A stretch of DNA of 64,000 nt, from positions 558,001 to 622,000 of the forward strand of contig OZ287083.1 of the NCBI GenBank assembly GCA_965645245.1, in the 5' to 3' direction. Numbering within the stretch: the first letter of the stretch is position 1; the number at the start of each line of letters is the position of its first letter. Of this stretch, positions 13,140 to 25,617 are shown piece by piece. A model generated the notes under the pieces. It did not search any database, was not told where the DNA came from, and was given only the letters and a program-made list of their open reading frames with translations. The stretch comes from Massalongia carnosa. Lineage: Eukaryota. The position numbers and the translations under genes were made by a program.

Positions 13140-14029
13140 TCACTGATTACCTCTCTGTGCATCTTCCTCATCATTTTTGGGAACCCCGATCACCTTGGGA
13201 ACGGTCACAGCGTTGATTTTGCGGAAAGCCTGCAAAAGTCTGTCAGCAAACAATGGCTGTCGAGGGTCGAATACACCATCGCTGCAGGTCTAGTAGCAGG
13301 CAGCAAACAGTGCTTACACACCTGCCACCACCACATATCCCATGTAAAACTCCACATGTACCAAGCCCATCCCTCGCCGTAATGAACCCACCACCAAGGA
13401 TTGAATAGTTGCTCAACACTTACATTTTTAAACGAGCTGTCTGGCAGCTGCCCGTCCCACTTATCCTCAACTTTTGTAATCTTCCCCGTAACTTTATCAT
13501 AGAAGATTAAGACCTTGCTGTTGATGGTCTGCTCTTTACCAACGCCCTTGACGACATAGCGCGTCTTCAGATCCAAACCAATCGGGTTTCCTCCATCGGT
13601 AACCTCGTGATGGAGGCGCTCGATCTCGGAGAAGGCGGATTGTAAGCCATACTAAGGTCTTTGCGTTAGTTGGGGATTGGATGTGATAGATGGCGGGCCA
13701 CGCTCACCCATTGAGGCTCAAATTGTTTGCGTCCTACTGCCTTCGTTATGGGATCTTCAAACACGCCCTCATCATCCCACAGCTGAAGTTTCTTCAACGA
13801 GGGCCTTCCGGCAAATAACTTCCGTCTTTATTAGGAGAGGCTTCATGAACATACAGAGAGCGCCTCACATCCAAGATACTTCCAACGAGGGTTTGCTGTG
13901 TCTCATCGAGGCTTACACCGCTTGCGGTTTTAATGTGTGTGTTCTCAATCCCGTAGTCTCCGCTGCCTGTTCCTTGAAGCTTAATATTTCCTTAGGTGCT
14001 ATGCAGCTTGAGGGCATACCTGTAGACAT
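13140..14029 (-). CDS. Uncharacterised fungal protein, probably NTF2/SnoaL-like fold, multi-exon
   Basis: Spliced MSTGTGSGDYGIENTHIKT...LFAGRPSLKKLQLWDDEGVFEDP...QWYGLQSAFSEIERL...KITKVEDKWDG...AFRKINAVTVPK...*; canonical splice sites; fold assignment is inference. Confidence 0.75.
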
Positions 14030-14588
14030 GTTGCGTTTGGGAGTATTCAAGGAGACTTTCGGTGAATGGATAATAAATGTATGGGTTCGAACGGCGGGGA
14101 CTTTCAAGTTTCTTGATAAAACAGACGAGGCAGTGAGAGAACGCATGTGAGATATTTAACGGAGGAAAATAAACAATTGCAGAGCGATGAGATAACTGCA
14201 CAATTGCGCCATCATGCCGTTTCTTCCTCTCCAAAAATGCATTGCATCATTACTTTTCGCTTACGAGCATAGGGCAGAAAACAGTCATTGGGCTCAGCAG
14301 GTCTTCGTAACCCTCAGGCCCTTCAACGTGACTATCGATTGTTCCATTTGGATAGTCATGTCCGTCACTATGTGTGTGCCTAGTGTACGTGTATTCTAGT
14401 ACGGAGTAGAAGATAATGAACCCTAAATCGTCGTTGGATAACTGCCGATTAGGAGAGAGAATCAAATGCAATTATCCCAACCATTCTCCTTCGCCGTAAT
14501 AGAGAATCACGTGAGATCGTGTTGACTAGGATGATCGTAACCGATGGCAAGGCTGACAATCAATGTTTGCGACGGCACGTAAAGCTCG

Positions 14589-15116
14589 TCAATCATCTCT
14601 CTTATGTCCAGCAGTAGCAACAGTCAAAATCTCATCTTCAAGCCCCGATACATGGACACAATCAATCCCCCCCTCCTCGAGCTTCATCCTCCCTGTATTT
14701 ACTCCAACAAATATCTCGGGTTCCTTCACTCCCAGGTAAACAATCTTGATACCACCGTGGGTACCAGTCCTAGTTTTGAGGATTCTCTCCGTGCATGGAA
14801 CGTTACCGCTGGCTCGACGGTCACAAGGTTCCATAGTCGTATAGAGGACGCTTCTTTCGGGCAAAACGCTACCGATTTCATCCTCGGAAACTCCTTTCAT
14901 CGCGCAATACTTGTCTAAACAGCACTGCTCAGCGTGGGTGTTGCCGGGCAGCTCCAAAGTGTACCCCGTCGATATGATTTGATTCGCAGCTTCATCAACC
15001 AGGAGGGCTCCAACACGGAAATTGGTAGATTTTGAGATTGACTTTTCTGCGAGCGCCAAGGCAAGACGCATGTAGCTTTGGTGATCTTGCGCCGGGATGG
15101 TGAGAATCTCCATCAC
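14589..15116 (-). CDS. Cytidine-deaminase-fold protein, RIB2-like DRAP deaminase
   Basis: TNFRVGALL, TGYTLELPGNTHAEQCC, YTTMEPCDRRASGNVPC zinc motifs. Confidence 0.85.
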   Translation of the reverse strand: MMEILTIPAQDHQSYMRLALALAEKSISKSTNFRVGALLVDEAANQIISTGYTLELPGNTHAEQCCLDKYCAMKGVSEDEIGSVLPERSVLYTTMEPCDRRASGNVPCTERILKTRTGTHGGIKIVYLGVKEPEIFVGVNTGRMKLEEGGIDCVHVSGLEDEILTVATAGHKRDD

Positions 15117-15845
15117 GAGTGCCGAAGAGTGTGGAAGTAACTAGGCAATCAGATTTATGAAATATAGGAAGGTCAGTCTAGAATGATCGCAATTTGGTCT
15201 TCTTCACCATAGTCAGCTGGAAGACAAACCACCATTTAGCATCCATCGACAGGTTCACTCTTCAAAGCCGTCACTTTGTACCGCCCGATGCAGCTACTGA
15301 ATAAAGTAGCTGATCTCGGGCAGCATTTCCTATCCAATCAGCAAATAGAAGATAACAACGGTTAAAGCGCCCAATGCACATCAGCTGTTGAGGCAGTTCA
15401 AAGTCGACAATGTAAACCTCGGAATAGTTAGCACGAAATTCCTAGCTCAGGCACTAACGTTAGTTGCTATTGGACTAGAATGTTTAGCCTTGCATTAGCT
15501 CATCAGATCTAAAAAAAGTTCAGGCTTGGATGAGCTAACAATGACAACATATTAAAAAAATTTTTAATTTAGACTGTTCGTCTCCTGAATTCATGCTGAG
15601 TAGAATTACGGAAATGGAAAAATCAAATTTCAGTTGAAATTTATACTGGTATGGAATTTAGTAGCATTACAAGGTCCCAGGCTAATAAGTTACTCGTAGA
15701 CGCGTCGCGTTGGATCACATGCAAATCTTTAAGCGATCAAGAAACTCTTGTTATCGGATGTAGGTAAGGCCGTTCTGACAGACAGACTCATATCTGTCAC
15801 GGTGTTCATCTAATACCTTCCGAAAGGCTTTTTTGTTCCATCACT

Positions 15846-16891
15846 ATGGAGGACTTTTCTCTAGAACCTCCCACAACTATTGATCCCTACAAAGTCCTTG
15901 AGCTTGACACGACAGCCAGCGCTAGCGAAGTGAAATCAGCCTATAAGAAATTGGCTCTGCGATATCATCCAGGTAGCAATCATAACATGGGCCCTATACT
16001 TTAAACCTTCACTTACCTTTCAACACAGACAAAGCACATTCAGAGGCCAAGGACAAGGCGCACGTCAAATTCCAAGAGATCGCCTTCGCATATGCCATTC
16101 TCTCCGACGAACGCAGAAGAAAACGCTATGATACCACTGGTAATACTGCGGAATCTCTGGATATCGATGGCGATGAATTCAGCTGGAGTGACTTCTTTCG
16201 TGCGCAATGGGCTGAGGCGGTGACGAAGGAGAAGCTAGACGACTTCAAGTCCGGATACCAGGGTTCCGACGAGGAAAAGCGCGATGTGCTCGCAGCGTAC
16301 ACGTCCTTTAAGGGAAGGATGAACTCGATTTTCAACACGGTCATGTTGAGCAATCCCCTCGACGACGAAGATCGTTTTCGGGCATATATCGATCAAGCGA
16401 TTAGGGAAGATGAAGTAGAAGCGTTTGATGCCTACGCGAACGAGCCTAAGAAGGCGCGGGAGAAGCGCGCTGCGAAAGCTAAGAAAGAAAGCGAGGCAGC
16501 CAGAGCTCACGCCAAGGACATAGGGATCTACGATTTAGCGTTCGGAGTTGAGGACGTTGGGAAAAGGGACAAAGCTTCTATAGCAGGGAAAGGTGAACCA
16601 GACTTAAAGGCGTTGCTACAACAGCGAGCAACAGGCAGAGCGGCGAATTTCCTCGAGAATTTAGAGGCCAAGTACGGAGGAGGCTTAAAAAAAGAAAAGG
16701 GCGCAGAGCATGAACCGCCAGAGGAGACATTTCAGAAAGCGGCTACAAGGACGAGAAAGCGCAAAACGCGTGTGGTCGAGCATGTGGATTCAGAGGAGGA
16801 GATTGATCTTGAAGCGGATAGCCCTGATGATGAACCCGTCGCACCAACGAGACGGAAGAAATCGAAACGGACGAAACTCTCAAAGCGTTGA
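15846..16891 (+). CDS. J-domain protein, DNAJC9-like
   Basis: DPYKVL...KSAYKKLALRYHP|DK, KFQEIAFAYAILSDERRRKRYD, YQGSDEEKRDVLAAY, FLENLEAKYG; intron 15973-16028. Confidence 0.9.
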
Positions 16892-17038
16892 TTCTTTCGG
16901 CATATCTTTTTGTGCAGTCAATTTCAAGCAAGGCGTTTATTGGCGAAATCATGTCTCTTTGTGTAAGCATGCAGGCAGGCAAGGGAATGTTTTTACGGCA
17001 CTGCGCCACATGCGCCACGGCACATGACACCTAATAGT

Positions 17039-19367
17039 TAGGGCTCTGAAAATTTCGAAATTTTGACAAGGTCGCACGAGAATTTCATCACGTGTGCGCG
17101 CCAAGCATGAAATTTTCGAAATTTATTACTAAGCACATATACATATCTTGTAGATAGATCGATACCTCATTTTGATAGTCACTCTCATACATTTAAAGGT
17201 ATCTTCCGATTTTATACTCATGGCTCAACGCGGTGGAAGAAAGAAAAATTCTCTAATTGAGGAGAATTTCAAAGACGTGATCACCATGGGATTGAAAAAA
17301 CCTCACCATCAATGCATTCATTGTGGTCATCAGACTACCAAGAATGCTGTAAGAGGACTATCACATTTAGATCAATGTGATGCCTACAAACAGAAGATAA
17401 CAAAGAAGGAAATGCCTCGTTCAGTTCTAGATCAATCCAACTGCCCATTACCACCATGATTCGTCCCCTTAGCCAGAGTCAAATTGCTCATGCTCATCGC
17501 GAGGCGGCGATGTCTGTTTATATGACAAATCTTCCCTTCAACCACTTCGAGAATCCCTATGTTATTGCGGCATTTCAAGCTCTTTCTCCTGGATACAAGC
17601 CCCCTCATGCCAGACTGATGGCTGGACGATTGTTGGATGAAGCCTATGAAACAGTTAAATTCAAAATAAATCAAGAATTGAATGCTTGCAATCATCTCAG
17701 CTTTTTTACCGACGAGACAGCCAACATTCGAAAAGAGCGAGTAATAAATCTCTGCTGTCACGTTCCCACATCTGTCACTTCTAGTGGCGGAGGATTTCAG
17801 CTAAAAGCTGATGTCGGAGTGGCGGAAAAAATGACGGCTGTCGTACAAGCTGAATGGGTGATAAATGGATGTAGGGATGCTACCAACAATCAGCTTGAAA
17901 GGGTTAATTGTATCTGCACCGACACGTGCTCTACAATGAAAGCCATGTGGACGGAAATTTCGAAAAGTGCAGAGATGAAGCATGTTTTCTTCGTACCTTG
18001 CGATAGTCATGGTTTGTAGCTATTGTTAGGAGACATTTTGAAATTTCCTTATTTTACAGATGTTATAGAAAAGGCTCAGTTGATCGTCATCAGTTTTTCG
18101 CGGATCAAATAAGGAATTAGCCAGTTTATGGAAATACCAAATGAAGGCATACAAACAGCGTCGTTCCTTGGTTCTCAACGTTCTCACCAGATGGGGTACG
18201 ACGGTTGGTCTTTTAAATTCAGTACTGAATAATCAACAGGCCTTGTTGGATTATTTTCAGCAGAAGAATCCAGGCATAGATCAGGGAAGAAATAAACCTT
18301 TGGGAAGTTTCGTCAACGATTATTCCTTTTGGAAGAAACTGACCATGGTCAAAAAGATACTGAATCCCATTCATAAACTTCAGTACATGTCCGAAGCCGA
18401 GGGATATAAGCTATACACCGTAACAAATAACTGGAATATCATTCGCTCTCATCTGTACTCGATGGCCGAAGAAGAAAGCGACAGTGAGGCGGATCTATAT
18501 CACATTGCTCACGTCGTTTGGGAAGATAGATATCTCAGTCAAATAACAGAGCTTCATGTGGTTGCATCTCTTCTGCTTCCGCAAAATCGTACGATAAAGG
18601 TGGTCGGAGTTACTACAGAACATGCTTTTTCATCGATCATGCATAGATTCTTTGCTCGATATCTGAATGCTGAAGATAGCATCGTTGCCATGAGACAATG
18701 GCTTGCTTTTCGAGATCAGGAAGATGGATTTCATGCAAACTCAGAAGGTTGGACTTATCAGATGACACCGGAGCTGTTTTGGAATTTTTGCAAGCATTTT
18801 GCATTGATTCTTAGCAAGCTGGCCAGAAAGGTAATGATGCTTCCTGGCAATTCAGTGCTGGCAGAAAGAAGTTGGTCGGTCATGAATTTGATCATGAACA
18901 AGACTCGAAATTCCATGGCATCGATCAACGTGGATAAGCTGATGTTTATTTATCTGAATGAAAGAACTCTTAACCGACCGAAAGAAATCAAAAGGAAGCT
19001 ACAATTCGCAGACATTGACATAGAAGAAGACGATCTATGTGAGATGGAAGACAGATTGTTGCAGGAAGAAATCTCTCTGCAAGAAACAGCGACAGTAAAA
19101 TCGTTGAAACGACCAGCAAGTCAAGCGATAGAGGGAGATGCGGTCAGGCTCAGAGATACTTGAGATTGTATGAAGATTAATAGCTAAATCAAGTATCTTC
19201 AAGTTGGCATGTCCTCGTTCCTATTTTCCGCTTTCCCCGCACCCCCCCTCCCCCCTGCCTACCCCCTGCAAAACATCCATGAAAATTTCACTCGTGAAAG
19301 TCGCAGTGAAACTTTCATCCCGATCGGGTTAGGCAAAATTTCATAAAAGTTTCATTTCAGAGCCCTA
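17039..19367 (+). mobile_element. hAT-superfamily DNA transposon with a disrupted transposase
   Basis: 13-bp TIR TAGGGCTCTGAAA/TTTCAGAGCCCTA; 8-bp TSD CTAATAGT (17031-17038, 19368-19375); subterminal AAATTTC-like repeats. Confidence 0.95.
17220..19163 (+). pseudogene. hAT transposase (BED finger, DDE, hATC dimerisation) with frameshifts and a TAG at 18017
   Basis: CIHC...H...C; FFTDET; CDSHGL*LL; TRWGT; SVLAERSWSVMNLIMNKTRNSM; split across three ORFs. Confidence 0.9.
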
Positions 19368-20252
19368 CTAATAGTAAGTGTTTGGGGCACTGGACTTCAC
19401 TAGGAATTTCCCCATCATACCGTTGTCTCATCCAACCTTTTCTCATCACGGCTTATACCCAGCAGAGCGCATTCGATTTTAATTAGTTTTCTGCGAGGAG
19501 CATGTCAGCCTTTTTCTTCTTTGCGTCCTTCCCAAGTTTCACGAGAAGCACCTGTTTAACGCACGTGACCTTAGTGGCTGTGACGTTGCCGATATCATGG
19601 CTTGCATGGATCGCACGGTGGCGGGCCGAAACTGCCGAAGGAGATTGCCGAGACTCTTCTACCGGGACTTCGTTCACAAAATCCTCCTCAGGAATACCAA
19701 TTCCGAAGTGATATTCCATCGTTATTCACCATGAATGCTACTCCCTCACCAAGAAAGTACATGATATCGAGTTTGGCTCTTTGGAAAGTTTGACATGCGA
19801 ATAAGGTTGAAGAGTTGGCAGTAAAGATGCAATCTAATCTAACCCTAGCCGTCCCCGGCCGTAAGTTGTACCTATTCCTTGATTTTCACAAGTATGATGC
19901 AGTCCCGAGCGGAACCACCGCCACAGCTGCCAAGCTGCTTCGAATGGAAAACCAAGGAATTCCATGATCGGGTGCATATCCCGTAGCTTCCCTCACTTAA
20001 CTTAACTCATTCCACCCTTCCTCCACACAGTGTCCCGCAACCCGGTCTTACGCTCAGTGGTCATTCGATGTGACGTCAACTCCTTTACATCATACATTGG
20101 TTTTTCCTTGCTGTTGCCCGTCTATGGCTTCTTGGGACTTTTAATACTCGGCCATACCTCTCGATTGCTCTTCAATTTCTCTTCATCATCAAACTTAATC
20201 ATTTTTCCTCCCTTCCTCGTCTCAAGACCTTTCCTCCCTATCCAAACTCACG

Positions 20253-21248
20253 ATGTCGAAGGTCGGTGCCCTTCTCCGTGCTAACACTACGCTCATCCGC
20301 GCTCTCCAATTTGCCATATCGGCATTAGTGTTAGGCATCTTCTCATACTACCTTGCAAGTTGGTAAACCATCTTCGTTGTTGTTTCGCCTTAGCTAAGTC
20401 TTTCATAGATCTTACAAGGCATCATCACCATATTCCAGCATGGGAAAAGGCCGTTGAAGGCATGGCAGGCGCTGCTGTTATCTACACAGCCTTTGCCGTC
20501 TTCCTGACATGTTTTCTGGGTGGCATTGCTGCCTTTGCCTTTCTTGCCATACTTTTGGACCTTTGCTTTCTCGGTTGCTTCGTAGCAATTGCCGTCCTCA
20601 CCAAGCAAGGTCGGCGTAAGTGTGGACGTATCTACTCTTCTCCAATCGGAAATGGTCAGCACGCGTCTTGCAGACTTCAACGAGTTGTTTTCATTGTTGC
20701 GATCATTGCTGCGTAAGATAACGTGTCTGAGAGGATAAGTGTGCATGTATGCTGACTTCTTGCTAAGTGCGTTGTTTCTCCTTTCTGCCATCATGCAGTT
20801 CCTTCTTACAAGGAACCATAAGAAGGAGAAGAAGTACGGGCCGAGTCCTGCAAATAATTATACGGAAGGGAGCACTAAGAAGCAACCATTCTGGAAGCGG
20901 AATGCGAAGCCTACGCGCGATGCGGAGCTTGGAACCGTTGGAGCCGCCGCTGTTTTGGCAGAAGAGAAGCCACGCCAAAAGCGCAACGGCCTTCGTACAT
21001 CCCACGATACCGGCATGACTGGATCAACCGCTGCACCACCGGATGGGACTTATGGAGGAACCAATACTAAATACAACCAGGATCACACGGTTCCGGCACA
21101 AAATACCGGCTACATCCCACCAGCTTCATCTGTCCCTGATACCGTCGTGCATGATCCTAATCCTTACGCAGAAGTACACCATGGAGGATATGTCCATTCG
21201 CATCCTGAGTCGCAACAGCTATCGGGAAGTCATGGTTACACTCGATAA
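20253..21248 (+). CDS. MARVEL-like four-TM integral membrane protein
   Basis: IRALQFAISALVLGIFSYYL, WEKAVEGMAGAAVIY, LLDLCFLGCFVAIA, CRLQR, YGPSPANNYT; introns ~20359-20410, ~20713-20767. Confidence 0.8.
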
Positions 21249-23287
21249 TCCTGTATACGGTGTTGATGTCGTTGGTGGAGCTGGTCAGGAGGCTAAATTT
21301 GAAATTTTGAAATGTAATTGGGTCTATAATTACATGAATGTTTATATCATGAGTGTTTCGCTGTCGCGAATAGTTCAGCGAGGCGTTTCTTCTCTATTAA
21401 GATTTTAATATGGTCCCATTCCAAAATATAATAATTATCATCACAGTCTAAGCCAAACATCATCAGCATTCGATTCATGAGCTTATTCGTTTCTCATAAG
21501 GTTTCATCACATGATTGTTGCGACAGAGTGACACTTCCCTCACCACACTTCCCCCTCCAATCCTCAACCCTTGCGACACCATCGCACCACCGTCTTTATT
21601 TTTCCTTGCGACATATAGAGTTCTCTGTCTCCTTCCTTCATTTCTTAATCATCAAGGAGAGCTTATGTCTGGCCCTGCTATCATGCCGATAGATAAATTT
21701 TTGACTACTCGTTATCGAAAGAAAGTTTGCGCGAAGAACGAGTGGAACCCCCTAGGTCGCCCTCACGAGACTAGGCTTATGCCAGTTTCTGCGAGTATTC
21801 AAGGGCGGGGGAGACGGCAGGATGGGAGTATAAATAAGCTAATCAATTCCTAAGTTCTCCCACTCAACTCAAACGCAAATTCGCGCTCACAATGTTAGTA
21901 TTCATCCTCTCTCCACAGGGTTCCTGCATGGTCCTACTCCTTATGGGCACGCTATGTCAATCAAGGTCGCTCCCACTGAATCCGGCCCAACCGAGCTTAC
22001 CCCTAAGGATTCTAATCCATCGGAGTCGGAGGGAGACACTTATTGGATCAATGACCCAGAAGTTCCCCCAAGCAAAAGATCCCGGTCCTTCTAGCACCTC
22101 CTCTTGTTTCCGACGGCTCCCGCGACTTTGCAAAATTTCACCTCGATAGCTTTAAGAAACCCCTAATACATAGATCCACTCGAGTAGCTCGGCACTAATC
22201 CTGATAAAGTAACTGAACTGGTAGACAAAGGAACTCCGTTGATCTATGAAGGATTATCCATGGCTTCCGGTGGAAAATAAATAAGGAATTGGTCTCCAGA
22301 CTTGTCCAGAGGAGTTGGTTTAGCCGCCTTCAAGGCTGTTTGGTAAGATCGGCGATGAACGCGCTTTGTGACGATCGCTCGCCTTGGGACGACATCCGGA
22401 TTTCCCGCAATGCCAACGGCGATCATGACGGAAGGAAGGGAGAGGAATGGAAGAGAACGAAAAGCAACGGAACCGGAATGGACCGGGAGGAAGGAGAAGA
22501 AGAAAAAGAGGGAGAAGGAGGTTGAGGATTTTAGTCAGTCAAGCTCTGCGTATTAGGTTATATATCTATCTATCTATCAGGGATTGTACAAGGGTACTGT
22601 ATGCAAGCATTCGAGTTACTTTATCTCGTTGTCGAATGTTCATTGTAAGCGTGGAGAACATGAATTCAAGTGTAACAATAAACAAGCTATGATGCCGAGA
22701 CCTGGATATCCAGACGAAGAAACGCATGGCAAACAAAAGTGAATCAATTTTGTTGAATGAACATACCTGCTCGCGGCACAAGCATGCTGTACTTCGCATA
22801 ACTTAAAGGGTGTAAAGCGCGGTGACTTTGCATTCTGTCACGTAGGTGTTTGTAAATAGAAGAGATCTTTGGTAATAAGCATCACTCAGAAAGCAGCACC
22901 TTAAGACGTGATCGAGTTCGTTTCGTTCGCTGGGATGAAGAGCTCGTTTATCATGAGCATACGCTCTCCGTCTAGCTAGCTAGCTAGCCATTCTACAACT
23001 TATTATCCATCAGTCGTTCAATTTGTATTTGCCCATGAACCATGAGTCATAAAGTCACAAACTCCATTTAAAGCACGCACGCTCTGCCATTTTTTGATCC
23101 GTAAGACAAGGAGAGTAGAACCGAAATGAAGGGCACAAAAGTGAAGGAAAGCCAGAGGGAAGCCTACTGTTGTCCATCATCCACACCGCTCGGCTAAAGG
23201 GGCACACAGACCCCACCCAACTCAGCAAATTGTTACTGACAACAGCCGAGGAAGACGTTGTGGCACAAACAACCTCACCCACCTACG

Positions 23288-25617
23288 CTAATCGATCTTG
23301 GCCTCGGTGAGTTTGTTTGGTGTAAGGTTGTTGGCGAGCCGCACGTTGGGGGAAACGTGTTTCTTGGCTTTGCGGCCCGAGAGCCGTTTTCGAGCGACCA
23401 TGACGGGGACGGAGGACTTGGCGACAAGGTAGTTGGAGAAAGAGCCGAGGAGTACGCTACATGTAATGGAATGACTGCAATTAGTAATGAACGATTGGAT
23501 TTTCCCTTGTAGGCGAGTTGGGCGAGAAGTGAGGGGGACGCATACCCCTTGAGAGCACTTCGACCGCGTGAGCCGAGAATAACGAGCGTGGGCTCTAGAC
23601 TGTCGATCTGGACTTGTCAGTATACATGTAGGGTTCGGACTCAGCAGCAAACGAGAGACCCACAGCTTCCGTGATCATATATTTCGGGCTCTTGCAGTGA
23701 ATCACCTCGACCCCTATCCTAACCTGCAGCTTCGTTTTCCTTAGAAACTTGATGCACGTCTGCGAAATCCCCTCAATGGCGTGCAAACGCTCCTGCTGCG
23801 CCTTGGACAGGTACCTCGAGTCCGCCGACCCCGCCGAGCTGTCCTTACGAGACCCAGGCGCGAGCGATGAACCTGTCGATGGGAAGGTAGGTGTCGCCGG
23901 ACCGTGCTGCGTTGCCAACGTCATTCTTTCAATTATCTCCGCCGTGTCTTGAATAGCTTTTCCGCCTTCGCCGATGGGAAGGCTATACAGACCGTCCGCA
24001 TCCGCTCCTTTGCCTGTGCCAACGTCCTCGTCAACAGCGTAGAGAGCTAAGAGTGTGTCGCCATCGCGCAAAACGGTGCCAATAGTCCATTCCAAAGCAT
24101 ACGCGGCCTCGCCGCTCAGGTCGGTGGCAACGAGATAGGTTCTCATGTGTCTATATCCTTCATCAGCTTCCTGTTGCATCCTAGCGAAATCTCCACGGAT
24201 GATAGTTCGGACGACACGGTGAGGGACGGAGTCAAGGATTGACGATGAGTGGATGCTCAAGCTTTGGGCTCGCCGGATGTCGCCGAGCTCTTCGGAATCT
24301 GAGTTTGCGGGGGTTGGCCTTCCGCTAACGCTTTGGTCGTAGTTAGTGCTAGGATGGACTCCTGATCGCTTCCTCTCTCCGTTGGGCCCGGTGACAGTGA
24401 CGGTTGGTTCAAGTAACGAGCGCACATTGTGTCGTGATGAAACCTTCAACCCTGGGAGATGGGTAAATCCAAAGGATTACTTTAAGTTGAGACGGAATGA
24501 TCCACTCACTTTCTTCCTCGGCGGCTGCTAGCAAAGTCTTTGCCTTTCGAGGTCCGGGTGCCTTTCCGAGCCCCACAGAACCCTCCCCGGCCTTCACAAC
24601 GTCAGCCTCGCTATCCTCCCCATTGAACTCGCCTCCATCGACCCCCTTCATCCGTCGCCCCATCTTCCTACCTCTCACACTGCCCTGACCCCAAGCTTCG
24701 TCCGCTGAACTCCCGGTCTGCACATCGTCACTAGTCTCAATGAACGCATCTTCATTCCCGTCATCCTCGTAATAATCTTTCTGCAACCTAGACTCTCCTT
24801 TTGGTGATAGAATCTCACCGTTTTTCAAGCTACCGCGGTAGGAAGCTGTGTTTGTTGCTAACGTGGACAATTCACCTCCTGATTTCAAAAGAGCTGCGTT
24901 GGATAACTTGCGATACGCATTATTCATGTCTATAACCTTTCCACTGTCAGTCACAAACTTGCCAGGCGTTTGCATGAGCATGCCCGTTCCCGGAGATTGA
25001 GACCTGTGAAGCAGATGAGACGATGGAGATTTCGAATTTTCTCCAATGCCTGCGTTGGAGTTATGACTTCCATGATCACGTCCTCTTGGTAAAGCACTGA
25101 GCTCTTGCCCTTGCAATATAGAGGCCATGGAGCTAAGATTTTGCTTCTTCCCTCCTCGCATAACTCGTTTCGGCAGAGCCTGATTTTGAATGCTCGGTAG
25201 CATGCTGAATTGATAGTCTGTATTGGGATCCACCGTCTCCCGTTCATTTGAAGTGCGTGCATGAGCGTTGGTGGCGTTCGATCGGGCTCCACGAAGTCCA
25301 GAAGCCGAGTTTTGTGAAGCGCCAGAAGAAGTCGTGCTCTGAACGATACGAGCGGGTCTTGACGTGCTGGTATCAAGCATGCTCCGCACGCTTTGACTAG
25401 TCCCGCCCATATGCCGGCCGCCGGCCACAATCTTGGGAGCTGCTGGACCAGCAATATCTAGCATGCTTCGCACCGGTGGCAGAGGGCTTGTCGTCCTACG
25501 GTTTTGAGCGAATGGCGAGTCTGGCCTATGGCCGAGACCCCGGCTGGGGTTCGGTATCCCTTCTAGAATATTCATCACCTCCCGCCGTTCATCATCGAGT
25601 GCCGTCTCCAGAGACAT
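23288..25617 (-). CDS. Universal stress protein (Usp) domain protein
   Basis: MSLETALDDERR; YLVATDLSGEAAYALEWTIGTVLRDGDTL; IHCKSPKYMITE; ILGSRGRSALKG|VLLGSFSNYLVAKSSVPVMV; three introns. Confidence 0.9.

Noticed and set aside
19483..19793. Short ORFs beside the hAT right end
   Set aside because: No recognisable motif or consistent exon structure
21665..22556. Possible degenerate plus-strand gene
   Set aside because: Stop density looks like non-coding DNA; no family motif
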